From Chiloscyllium plagiosum (lineage: Eukaryota): 64,000 nt of DNA. The first letter of the stretch is position 1. Each line of letters begins with the position of its first letter. The stretch lies in NCBI RefSeq assembly GCF_004010195.1, contig NC_057753.1:5963961-6027960 (forward strand), written 5' to 3'. Below are positions 50,797 through 63,259 of the stretch, piece by piece. Under the pieces are notes generated by a model. It saw only the letters and a list, made by a program, of their open reading frames with translations, did no database searches and was not told the origin of the DNA. A program made the translations under genes and the position numbers.

Positions 50797-51130
50797 GAGG
50801 CCCGATGGCTCAGTGGTTAGCAGTGCTATCTCACAGCAGCAGGAAGCTGGGTTCGATTCCAGCTGCGGACGACTATCTGTCTGGTGTGTGCACATTCTCC
50901 CCGTCTCCGTGTGGGTTTTCTTGAGGCACTCTGGTTTCTTCCAACAATCCTAAGATGTGCAGGTTAGGTGAATTGGCTGTGGTAAATTGCCATAATGGTC
51001 AGGGATATGTAAAGGTTTGGTGCATTAGTCAGGGGGAAAACACACTGTAGGGGAATGGGTTCCTAATTGGAGGATGGGCACAGAATTATTGGGCTGAAAG
51101 GCCTGTTTACATGTTGTTATGATTCTATGA
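50797..51130 (+). mobile_element. HE1-type SINE in the B2 intron
   Basis: tggctcagtggttagcagtgct..ggttcgattcc head, core, gattctatga tail. Confidence 0.8.
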
Positions 51131-51605
51131 TATAACTGCTCTTGGTAACAAACATATCTTCTCCAGATGCAATTGCTATTTAAAAGTGTATCTTTTTTCA
51201 ACAACCTTTATGTTACTTCAAAAAGAGTTAATTGTCTGTTTTTGGGTGGGAGAAAATGTGAAACAGGAGGCTTTTCCAATGAAGGAATCATTGTTTTTGG
51301 CGATTCAATGTATAGGAATGCATTTGATATCTAGGATAATATAATTCAATTTACTTTGACGTTTTGCCTTCTCAATGATTAATTTGTGTGTTATGTGTAA
51401 TCTGTTGCATTTTAACTAACTTCATGACGTTTACAAAATGTCACTGCCATCAGGTTTCTTCAACATTCTTGTTTTGCAAACTTCTTTATAAAAACAAGCA
51501 TATTTTCCTGCGTTCATTTTTGCACATTTCTGCATTTTATTCAGACGTTTTGCATTGTTCTTTAACCTACATAAATTTTGCAAGTACAGACGTGGAACAA
51601 TATAA

Positions 51606-51772
51606 GCTGAAAAATGTGTTGCTGGAAAAGCGCAGCAGGTCAGGCTTCATCAAAGGAGCAGGAGCCCTTCTTCATGGCCGAAACGTCGATTCTCCTGCTC
51701 CTTTGATGCTGCGCTTTTCCAGCAACACATTTTCAGCTCTGATCTCCAGCATCTGCAGTCCTCACTTTCTCC
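51606..51772 (+). mobile_element. Hairpin-forming pLTR-derived insertion in the B2 intron, 13-bp TSD
   Basis: gctgaaaaatgtgttgctggaaaagcgcagc ... gctgcgcttttccagcaacacattttcagc inverted arms. Exact TGGAACAATATAA at 51593-51605 and 51773-51785. Absent from the paralogous psiB1 intron. Confidence 0.82.
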
Positions 51773-51929
51773 TGGAACAATATAACCCAACTTCAGGATT
51801 ACTTGACAAAGGTGTGAACTTCATCAAAGTGCTATAATTTTGATGATTTATAAGGCAGTGTAATCCCTAATATTGCTCATATACATGCTGCTCCGACTTT
51901 CTCTCAGTTTCCCTCTCCCTTTCTTACAG

Positions 51930-52843
51930 CTAACTTGGTGGTAATTGCAATTCTGTCCAGAGGACAATGTGGTCTTTCCAGATGCATCACAAATTATCTG
52001 GTGTCTATGGCGGCAACAGACGTCCTTGTCATGATTACTGCTGTGGTATTAAACCGGATTCCTGGGATATATTTCCCTGTCAGTTTCCTCTCCATCACAC
52101 CAGTATGCAGTTTACGTTCTGTCCTAATCTATGCAAGCATGGATAGTTCAGTTTGGTTGACTGTTTCATTCACTTTCGATCGCTTTGTAGCAATATGTTG
52201 TCAGAAATTCAAAGCAAAATATTGCACTATAAAATCTTCAGTTAGGATTATATGTACTATCTGTGCAATTAGCTGCTTAAAAGCAAGTTTCTTGTATTTC
52301 ATTTATGAGCCGTCATATGTAATTAACAATATACCTTGGTTTTGCAGCATTAAATTTATATTTTACACATCACCTGTCTGGATTGTATATGACTGGATTC
52401 TTCGCATCTTAAGTCCTTTTCTGCCAATCGCATTGATTTTACTGCTCAATTTCTTGACTGTCAGACATATTGTTGTAACCAGTAGAGCCCGAAAGAGACT
52501 TCGGGCACACAACAATGGAGTCAATCAGTGTGACCCAGAGATGGAGAAGAGGAGAAGGTCCATGGTTTTATTGTTTGCTATTTCGGGAAGTTTCCTCTTG
52601 TTGTATTTGTTAGATATTGTGACTTTCCTTTATGTACAAGTTGTGGGCGCTACTTATTTCTCAGGTGCAAATTCCAAGGAATCGAGTTTTATTCTGGAGG
52701 AAACTGGACTTTTCCTCCAGTTTTTCTGTTCCTGCATCAATCCATTTATTTATGCTGGCACTCAGAACAAATTAAGAACTGAATTACTGAAAGGAGTGAA
52801 ATTTCTGCTCACTAAAGTTATTAAGTTGTTTCAAAGTATGTAA
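51930..52843 (+). CDS. GPR139/GPR142-like GPCR gene B2, coding exon 2 (spliced product 327 aa; divergent subfamily)
   Basis: TTACAG acceptor ending 51929. ORF 51935..52843 with MAATD, TPVC, SVWLTVSFTFDRFVAIC, PWFC, LSPFLP, INPFIY (NPxxY). Confidence 0.92.
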
Positions 52844-54613
52844 ACAGTAAAATGCAAAGTGACTTGTGCGTAAGAGCAAAGCCTTCGTATTTCTGTACAG
52901 GCAGCATATGACGGTCTCCTCCCAGATGTAGTTTCACTTTGATATACTTCACCTTGTGCGATTTGTAAAATAAAAATGACATTAACCTACGTGTCCTGTG
53001 GCAATCTTTTTCTGTTAGTTTCCTCGTGTTATTTGAATCCTGATCACTTACCACAGTCCAGGGAGGTCGGGGGTGGCTGAGGTAAATTCTACTCCATTTC
53101 CTCATGGCACCGTGGATGGAATTATGCCACGACAACGTTGCAGTTCAGTAAATTGGGCAACCACTACTTTCTGCATGCTAATTTCGGACGGCTGTGAACG
53201 TACCCGACGCAGTGAAGTCACTATCATATAGACAAGTAAATTGGAAGTAACATGCCCTGAATGACAACTCTGTAGTTATGATTATGGGAATATGGATTTT
53301 CCACGTTTGTCGGGAAATTTTATTACGGATTGAAGTAGTCTCAGTAAATTACTAGGAATCAAATAATTTAACTCTTTTGAGAAATTCACATACCCCCTTT
53401 TTGATCCTAACATGAAGAAAGTGAAATTGCAATTGTCGACTGATTTTTCCAGTCACATTACGATTTAAAAAGTAGGGGGAAAACACTCTTCATTCTTTTC
53501 CTCCGGAAATAAGACTCAGTCTTATTTGAACCTACACAACTTCACTGAATATGGAAGATGTAACAATGATTATCGGTTAAATGCTGTTACTTTGGAATTT
53601 GAGAAATGGCCGACTTTTAACAGTCAAAGCCTGTGTCTACAGAGAATTTGCCTCATTTGTCTGGCCACTTATGAAAGTCCAAACTATTTTTGCTCACCGT
53701 CATGTAGTAACTTCGTTCCATGTACCTCCATTCGTTGGATTGGTGCAGTGAACTATACACAGTTTCCTTCATGCAATTGCGTCACTCGTATGTATTTTTC
53801 ACCTTTATATCAGTCTATCGGTTCATTGTGGACCTGTTGTTGCATTCTGGAGTTGGTTACGTTTATCATTGCTATGACAGTATTAATTAAGCAAAAAAAG
53901 AATCCTCTAATGTTGTTCGTTTTTATTCGAAAGAGTTTATTTTCATTTTAGTTCTTGTTCATTCATGATATTCTTACAGCCTTCCACACCTTTTGCATTC
54001 TCCACGCCGAATGACAACAATATCTTTCAAGCTCTGTCTTTTTTTAAATAATGAAAGAACCAACATTGCTAAATGTGCATGCATATTTTATTTTGGTTTG
54101 TTAATGCGTACAGAATTACTGTTACTCTTGTGAAAAAATCCTTCGTCAAAGAAGCGTTTGCGTATTTGACCTTGATACTATTGGAACAAAGACGCCCAGT
54201 CTCTACAATGGACAATCCAATGAAAAGATTTCTTTTTAGATCCATAATTTCTGATCATTGTAAAGTTAACTTTAATTCATTGTCAACCTTATGGCTCAAG
54301 CTAATTAAATTCTCGCATCAGTTTGAGATAGTATGCAGTTACGTTTAATTTGTCTTCACGTGGGAACAGAAAGCTCATTAATCGTATTGTAGCAAGTATG
54401 AAGGCTGGTTGAATATTTGTACACAGTCTCATACAGCAAGGAAACAGGTCCTTCGATCCAAGTAGTCCATGACACACAGGTTTCCTACGAGTTAGTTGAA
54501 CAACATTCTAAAATTACATCCAAATGAAACAAATCTCATATCTTATTGGCAAAAGGGTGAGCAATTGGTGACATTCGATGAAGTATTAACAATAACACTG
54601 TCAGGGCTTTAGT

Positions 54614-54909
54614 TATCTGGCGTGGCCACAGGGCGTATTTGGGAATATGATGTAGTGAAGCTGCTTAGTTTCAGGCCTGAGAAGTATAAGCTGATGCTTA
54701 TGGGAGTAGCTATAGAATGGCTGGAGAAGTTTGGACTTGAGCAGTGGGATGCACCAGATGATATCTGGCGTGGCCACAGGGCGTATTTGGGAATATGATG
54801 TAGTGAAGCTGCTTAGTTTCAGGCCTGAGAAGTATAAGCTGATGCTTATGGGAGTAGCTATAGAATGGCTGTAGAATTTTGGACTTGAGCAGTGGGATGC
54901 ACCAGATGA
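54614..54909. repeat. Near-perfect tandem duplication, 2 x 148 bp
   Basis: Units start tatctggcgtggccacagg at 54614 and 54762; two substitutions seen. Confidence 0.93.
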
Positions 54910-57347
54910 GTCATGTCTCCTGTCATCGCATTCACAATTATCTTCATGGGTGGGCAATGCATGAACATGGATAGAGAATAGACTGACTGGCAGAAGACAG
55001 ATGTTGGGTATAAAGGGAACTTTGTTAAGGATGAAAGCTGGTGACAAGTGGAAACCCATAGATGTCAATGATGGGACCAAACCTTTTTTTGTTACATGTT
55101 ATCAATATGGATGAAGGAAGTCAGGGCATTGCTTATATGTTTGAAGTTGACAGATAGACAGATTGAGGGACAGGCATTGACAAAGAGAAAGGAAGCTGCA
55201 GAAAGACTTTAACAGAAAAAGAAATGGAAGATGGAATGCAATGGGGGAAACTGTGAGTTCATGCTCTTTAGTGGGAAGAAGGGACTTTTTTTCTAAATAG
55301 GGAAAGGCTTCAGAAATCTGAAGAATAAACGGACTCGGTAGTTCGAGTTCAGGACTATCTTAATGTTAACATGCAAGTTCAGTTGGCAGTCAGGAAGGCA
55401 AATGCAGACAAGTAGAATGCGAGAGCAAGGTTCTTACTGCAAAGGCTATATACAGCTCTGGTCAGACCATATTTGAAGTATTATGGGCAGTTTTGGCCAT
55501 GTTGTCGACCGAAACACATGTTGGCGTTAGAAGGGGTAAAGAGAGGATTTCCTAGAATGATTCTTGGGATCAAGAGAAGATTGTTTGAGTAGCGGTTCAG
55601 CATTCACTGTCTGCATTATGAAGCCTGCTTGGGCAAACGAGAGTCCCTTGGAGTTTGTTGCAAACAGGGAGTTTCAAGGGGAAATTTGAAGTGCTAAGTC
55701 GTAATTAAACTTAATTTCGAGGAGAACTTTTAAAGCTACATTAGGGCTTTAATCTATTAATTGCAAGTTGCTCTGTTTGTCTGCGGTTTTAGTTGCATTT
55801 GTGAATCAGGATTTAGCTGAGACATTCTTAAGTTAAGCTGGTTCACTAAAAAACTGGTTTGGTTCATTGAGAAGCCTTGCTTGTGGACCTCTAAAAGGAG
55901 GCAACCTCGGTGGTGTTTGGCTACATAAAAGTGCATTATATGTCGGCGAAACCAGGTGAGATAGTGAATAGGTGATCCTGTAAAACTGTATGTGGCGCTC
56001 AGTCTCAGTCTGGGAATTTCAGAAAGTGATACAGTCCCAAAGGAAACAAGTAAGTGGTAAGTGATACTTTCAGAGAATTGTCTTAGAGATAAAACATTCT
56101 ATGTTAACGTAGGGACTTCATTTATAATAGTTTTCTTTTAAACGAAGAAAGATCACTAACTCAATGAAATACCCTAAAATGAGGAGATTAGTTGAATCGA
56201 AGCAGAACTCATGACAGGAGACCTCAGAACCTTAGTGTCGTCCTCTTGAACAACATGGGAATTAATGGAATCTTTTAGTGTACCGGCTGACCTCTGGGGA
56301 CAACAAGAAGTGTGTCCACCTGCAGCTACTGGCTATTTACGTTTTGGAGGTGGAACTGTGGGTGATCCCGCGTCTTGGAGCGTCTGCATTGTGGAGAATG
56401 TAATATCTGCACATGTAGCGAGGTGTTCGCACCTCAGGCGAGTAATACACAGACAGAAAGGGAAAGGTTGGCCATCAGACAAAGTAAAATACTCAGGGAA
56501 CAACTGTAGGAGTATCCTATGGTCAACACCTCTCAAGCAAGTATACCACTGTGGACACAGTCAGGGAATTATTTGTAAAAAAGATAACAGTATCAGAGAG
56601 GGTCATGACAGCACAGGAGGCTCTGTTGCATAGAAGTGGAGAAAAGTGAGGGGCAGGGCTGCATTTACAGGGGATGCATTGGTGAGGGGTATAGACAGGC
56701 GCTTCTGAGGCTTCAAATGAGAATCAAAAATGGTATACTGCCTCGCTGGCATCAGAAACAGGGATGTTGCGCAGAAACTGTAGGACGTTCTGGGTGCAGG
56801 AGGGTGAATACCAAGTGGCAGTGGTACTGTACACATAAACGGCAACGGCATACATAGATAAAAGGATGAGGATATGAAAGCTTAATATAGTAAGTTCGAG
56901 GATAAATTAAAAAAACAGAACTTCAAATTGAGCAATCTCAGGATTGTACGTAGTGCCATGCGCTAGCAAGAACAGGAATGAGAGAGTAGATCAGATGATT
57001 GCGTGGCTAGAGAAATGGTGCATCAGGGAGGGATTTAGATTCTTGATGGATTGGGAACATCTATGGGGAAAGTGGGACCTGTGTAAGTTTGACGCATGCA
57101 CGTTGCTACAACGGAAACCTGACTAAATCAGAGGCAAATTTAGCAGCTCAATATCACTGGTTAAGGAGTTTTCAGACAGGATAGGGTGTGTGACAAAAAA
57201 TGAGGGCGTTGCAGTGTTGGTTAAAGTATCAATTATAGTTGTGAAAGCGGATAATATACTAAATGTAACATAATGTGACTTTATGCGTTGAATTTAGGAA
57301 AGAAACGACACAGTCAAAGCTAGCAATATGCTACAGACGCCTAAATA

Positions 57348-57391
57348 GTGTGTGTGTGTGAGAGGGAGAGAGAGAGAGAGAGAGAGAGAGA
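57348..57391. repeat. Compound (GT)n(AG)n microsatellite
   Basis: Direct observation. Confidence 0.9.
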
Positions 57392-57639
57392 TAGAAGAAC
57401 ATTCGTGTAGAAAGACTTCTGCCCATAAGAATAAGACAGCAATAATATTAGAAACTTTAAGTGCCCAAATTTTAGCTATGTTTCAAACCATATAACGGAA
57501 ATTGAGAGTGAAAATTTCATGTACTGTGTCTGGGAGTTTTATAACAAGATGTGAAGAGCCCAAAAGAAGAGAAACAATTCTGTACTTAGTTTTGGGAAAT
57601 GAAGATGGTCAAGAGACTCAAGTGACAGTCGATAACGAT

Positions 57640-57766
57640 GATGAAGGGCTCCTGCTCCTTGGATGCTCGATTTTTCTGCTCCTCGGATGCTGCCTTTCAG
57701 GCTGTGCTTTTCCAGCACCACTCTAATCTTGAGTCTAATCCGCGGCATCTTTAGTACCCACTTCCA
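57640..57766 (+). mobile_element. Degenerate pLTR-derived short repeat nested in CR1
   Basis: gatgaagggctcctg...ctgctcctcggatgctgcc...ttttccagcaccactctaatc, similar to the 38614 and 58466 copies. Confidence 0.6.
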
Positions 57767-58465
57767 ACTAGTTGGTAATCATCTCGGGCATAGTAACCGC
57801 CTAACAGTTAGGTTTAATATTATGGAAAAGGACAGAGGTAATTCCTAAGGACATTAGGAATCAAAAATTCGTTTTAACTGGGGGAAGGCAAACTTTACAA
57901 AACTAAGAAGTAATTTGGCTGATTTCCAAAGGACACGACTGCAAAAGGACAAATCAATGCCCCCACAGGAAGGCACAAGAAAACGAAATCCTTAGGGCTC
58001 TAAGCAGACATGTCCGCACAAAAACAAGAATGTAACTGCAAATTCCAGACATCCATGGTTAACTAGAAAAATACAAGAGAAGATTAAACATAAAGGAAAG
58101 CTTAAAAGATAGGTCTGAAGATGTCATATCTGAATACATGCAATTTAATGAATAAGAGAAATGAACTTGCGGCGCTGATTGAATTTAGCAGATATGACAT
58201 GGTGGGCATCACGGAAATGTGGCTGCATGCGGACGAGGATTGGGGGCTGAAGGATATGCATCCAACTGAAGAGATAGTCAGGTGGGCAGAGGGGGTTGGG
58301 TTGTCTTATTAGTAAGAAAAGAAATTAAATTAATAGTAAGAAACGACTTGGGGACAGATGATGTAGAATCTGTGTAAAGGTTAAAAATTCATTGCTGGAG
58401 TTATATACAGGCATCCAAATAGCGTCAGGAGTGGGGGCACAAGGAAGGAGAGGATAAAACTAAGA

Positions 58466-58585
58466 AGGGCTTTTGCTCGAAACGTCGATTTTACTGCTCC
58501 TAGGATGCTGCCTGAACTGCGTGCTCTTCCAGCACCACTAATCCAGAATCTGGTTTCCAGCATCTGCAGTCATTGTTTTTACCTC
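58466..58585 (+). mobile_element. 5'-truncated pLTR-derived short repeat (family of 38614-38724) nested in CR1
   Basis: agggcttttgctcgaaacgtcgattttactgctcc... nearly identical to 38642-38724. Flanking repeat AACTAAGA at 58458 and 58586. Confidence 0.75.
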
Positions 58586-61500
58586 AACTAAGAGGGTAAG
58601 CTAGCCAGTAATATGAAGGAAGACTGTAAGAGTTTCTTTAGGCATATAAAGGGGAAAAACGAGGTTAAAATGGAAACTGGGCGCTGGGAAAATGACGCTA
58701 CCGTGATATTAGTTGGAAACAAGGAAATGACTGAGGAATTGCGTAATTACTTCACATCAGGCTTTATGGTGGAAGACATGAGTAACATTTCAAAAATTAG
58801 AATGATTTTTTTTTGGGGGGGAGTAGAGTGTGATGGCCATTGCCCAGGAGAAGGTGCGAGAAAAGTTTAATGGCCTGAAGGTGGTTGCATCAGATGAACC
58901 AGTTGGATTAAACTTCAGAGTTCTAAGGAAGATAGCTGAGGAGATGGTGAAGGCTTTTGTAGTGATTGTTCAGGAATCACAAGAATCAATGAGGGTCCCA
59001 GTGGATTGGAAAGTAGCTAACGCGACACTCCTATTTAAACTAAAAGACAGAAAATGCCAGATCGATTAGCCTAACCTCACTCGTGGTTAATATCCTAAAA
59101 TCCATTTTGAACGATGGGATTTCTGATTACTTGAAAACATGTCATAAGACAGGGCAAAGTAAACACGATTTCATCAAGAGGAGTTCATGCCTGACAAATC
59201 GCTAGATTTTTTTCAGGAAGTAATGAGCATGTTAGACCAAAGAGAACCAATGAGTGTTATCTAATTGGACTTGAATAAGGCCTTTGACAATGTGCCATAC
59301 AGGAGGCTGCTGGTGTTAGAGACAAGGTGCTCATATGGATAGAAGCTGTGCTGTGTAACAGAAAGCAGAGAATGGGAATAAAAGGGTCATTCACAGGATG
59401 GCATCTGGTGGCAAGTGGTGTTCTGCGAGTCTCAGTGTTGGGAGAACAACTTTTCGCTTTATGTATTAACAATCTGGATGAAGGAACTGAGGGCATTCTA
59501 GCTAGGCTTTCAGACCATACAAATATAAGTACAGGGACAGGTAAGATTGATGAATCGGGACGGCTGCAAAAGGATTTGTACAGATTATGAGAGTGGCCAA
59601 AGAAGTGCAGATGGAGTACAAGGTGGGCAAATGCAAGGCCATGCACTTTGCTATGAAGAATAGAGACAAGCACCATTTTCTTAAAGTGGAGAAAATTCAT
59701 AATTCTGAAAGTAGATATTGGGAAAATGTTTGATTGGTGGGAGAGACTGGGACACAAATGTACAGTCTCTGAGTAAAGGGAACACCTTTTAGAAGGGAGA
59801 TAAGGATAAACTTCTTCAGGCAGAGAGTGGTGAATCTGTAGAATTCAGTGCCACAACAGGCTGTGGAGACCAGTTCATCGACCATATTTAAGACTGAGAG
59901 AGAAAAGTTCTCGAGTATCAGGGGAATGAGGGATTACTGGGAGAAAGCGAGAAAATGTGGTTGAGAAACTTATCAGCCATGATTGAATGGCAGAGCAGAT
60001 TAGATGGGTTGAAGGCCTTAATTTCTGCTCCTCCATATTATGGTCTTATGATCCTAATGTCCCCTTTTGTACTGCAGCATATTTGTAGTCATATAGTTCT
60101 CTGCATTCGACAGCATTTACAAAGATGAGGGCAGTCTCATTAGGAACTCTCAGAATACTGAGAGGCTTGGATAGAGTGACCATATTAGGCAAAACTAATA
60201 CGCGTGTCCAGATTCGGAATGAAGTGACAACCGTTTAGAAACGAGATGAGGAGGGATTTTCTCAGCTAAACCGTAGTGAATCTGCAGAACTCGCTGCCTC
60301 GTAAGACTCTGGAAGCCATGTGCTACGAAGTCGAAAGAGCGTATATTCACTTTAAGATAGAAAATGTTTTCTGAATTTTAACACGAATTTAAAGTACAGC
60401 CACAGCTGTCAAAACAGCTAAGAGATTGCTCCAAAACAGATACATGTAACAATTCGCTGCTAAATGGATATCTGAATTTTGTTTGCTGTTTCCACAACAA
60501 TTCAAATTTAACCAATTATTTAACATAATGCCAAAGGTAATAATAATAATAAAAACTAATTGAGTTTGATTTTATTGTGTTCACAACATGGGACCAATGA
60601 GAGGGAAGGATGTTGGGGTTTAAAAACGCGGGCATTTCGTGTATTTATCACATGGGATGGTTGGTTATTAGCATGAGAATCAAAGTTTACACGAAGAAAG
60701 CAAGAGAATACGCTGACAAACTTATCAACAATGATCTAATGGCAAAGTAGACTCGATGAAATGACTATCCTATACCTTATGGCTTGATTACAATGAAAGA
60801 CAATTTTGTCACCAGACAACACATGATAACAGTATGACAGGGGTGAAAGAAATATTATGCCTTGGCTCACTGATACCTCAATCTATCGGCTCTTTTAAGA
60901 TGCAGGCGTCCAAAAGGCGATCATATGGAAATTCGATAACCAAAACAAGTGTCAATGCGTAATGACAGAAAAGTGGTTAGAAACGTTGTGCTTGTTTGAA
61001 CGCTATTACTCATCCGAACAAAGACAACCTTTCTTGTTACACATAAAGTTTAGGTTCCTGCTTTAGATGCGTCTTATGAATTGATTTCCCAACCTCTACT
61101 TCACTGGAAAATTTATGAGAGTCAAAATTGTTGTAGCCTCTCTTGAGAAGGCACTGTTGAGGCATTCCCCACTGGTACATAACTGCACAATGATGAACAC
61201 ACTACAATGTCGCGTGTGCTTTGAAGATGCGTGTGCTTTTAATCACGTTCAACAATTGGTGTTGTTTTTGCTTGCAAAAAAAGAGAGCAAAGCAAATGGA
61301 AACATGCACGAATCAGCGGAAATTTGGCGAGCATTGAGAGTATTGAGGAAATTGTGCTGAAAATGCTATGCATTGCAGCAATACAATTAATTACCAATGG
61401 TGATAGTGTGCAGTATGCTTTTAAAATAGAATCACCCAAATGATGGGCGTAAGGAACATATAGCATGCTATTAGTCTTTTTTTTTGCTACCTTATTTGCC

Positions 61501-61983
61501 TGTACTACCACTTTCAGTGGTCTGTGGACCTGCACAAGCAGGTCTTTCTGCACATTAATACCCCGAGGGTTCTTTTATTCACTGTATATTTTCAACCTGC
61601 CTTTGACCTCTTCATTAGTTCACTTTGTCCGGATTAAACTCCGCCAGCCATTTTTCTGACCATTCCTCCAACTGACCTATATCCTGTTGCAACCTCTTAA
61701 AATCCTCCACACTATCCATAAGTCTAACACGCGTTTTATCATCCGCAAACTTCCTAATGATACCATAAAGGTTTTCCCCAAATCTCTTATGTCGACCACG
61801 AACAGCAGATATCCCACCACTGATCCATGTGGAACGCCACGAATCACAGCCCTCCATTCCGTAAACCATCCTTCCACCGCTACTCTATCTCATATGACTA
61901 AGCCAGTGCATCGGGATGCGACTTCCACATTTGCACCAGTCTGTCATGAGATAAGTGATCTTTTCAAATGTTTTACTGACGTC

Positions 61984-62193
61984 GAAAGAGAAAATGCTGG
62001 AAAATCTCAGCATGTCTGGCAGCATCAGTACGGAGAGAAAAGAGCTGACGTTTCGAGTCTAACTGGACAGTTAGGCTCGAAACGTCAGCTCTTTTCTCTC
62101 CTTACAGATGCTGCCAAACCTGCTAAGATTTTCCAGGATATTCTCTTTTGGTTTCAGATTCCTGCATACGCAGTAATTTGCTTTTATCCAGTA
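61984..62193 (+). mobile_element. Hairpin-forming pLTR-derived insertion nested in CR1, 13-bp TSD
   Basis: ~80-bp inverted arms centred on ctaactg-GA-cagttag (62059-62074). TSD ttttactgacgtc (61971) / ttttactggcgtc (62194). Confidence 0.8.
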
Positions 62194-63259
62194 TTTTACT
62201 GGCGTCCCTGCAGACAACATCAACAAATTTTTCCCCAACAACCATCTTTGTCACCTTCTCAAATAAATTGATCAAGTTCGTGAGACCAGACCTTCTCCTC
62301 ATAAAACCATGCTATCTATTGCTCATTAGTCAATATGCTTCTAAATGTGTATAGGTCGCTTCCCTACCACGGATGTGAGGTTCATTGGCCTGTAATTTTC
62401 TGGTTTAACCCAGCTAATCTTCTGAAACAGTGGGACTGCAATGCCAATTCTCCAGTCCTCTGGGACCTCATATTGGACCAAAGAGGATACAAACAGATAT
62501 CAATGCTCCAGCAATTTGTTCTCTTAACCCCTCAACATGTTGGGACACATCCCATCAGGACCTGGGGACTTACCTACCTGAATAATATTTTAGGTACTCA
62601 ACACCCCTTTCTTTTTGACAGCAACGTGACTTAGAAATTCGACCCTCCCCTCCCTGACACCCATCACCACCATTCCTTCCCTTTGGTGCATACTGAAAAA
62701 AGTATTCGTTCAGAACCACAATCACCTGTTATGGCTCCAGACATAGACTCCCTCCTTTTACCTGGAGTGAGCCAACATTTTCCCTGGCGATGCTCTTGCT
62801 GTTTAGACATTCATAAAACCCTTGGGATTCTCCTTACTTCTTTTCGCTAAGAGCTTTTTACGACCCGTTTTGGCAGTTCTAATTCTTTTTGCTGAAGTTC
62901 TTTCCTACTTTCTTAACATAGCTCGAAGCATTCATCAGTTTCAATTCTCCCAGACCTTATTTATGCTTGTTTCTTTTCTGTTTGACCAAGATTCATTACA
63001 TTCCTGGTCATCGAAGGTTCACATAAATTGCCACACTTATCCATCATTTTCACAGGAACATGCCGTTCTCTCCCATCAACTGCTGTTTGAAATATTCCCA
63101 CATGCTGGATGAGGATTTCCCTTCAAACAGCACACTCCAATCAATATTCTCCCGATCTTGCCTAATATTGTTGTAGGTCCCTAAATTTAACACTTTTAAG
63201 CAAGATCTGCTATTATCCATATCCATGAATATCTTCTGCACTCTTTCCAGGTTAATAAC

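Larger units (their letters stand above)
54950..60050 (+). mobile_element. Cluster of decayed CR1 LINE pieces (RT fragment, ORF1/EN part ~56200-58100, EN-RT-3' tail 58100-60050)
   Basis: GDALVRGIDR (ORF1 esterase), WCIREGFRF, YDMVGITEMWL, VPVDWKVAN, KAFD motifs. Confidence 0.75.

Noticed and set aside
61687..62271. 194-aa ORF and other 100-170 aa ORFs (4038..4508, 9152..9664, 51388..51837, 53526..53951, 54613..55080, 59257..59757)
   Set aside because: Most span or lie antisense to TE fragments or duplications. None shows a recognisable domain or splice-supported exon structure.
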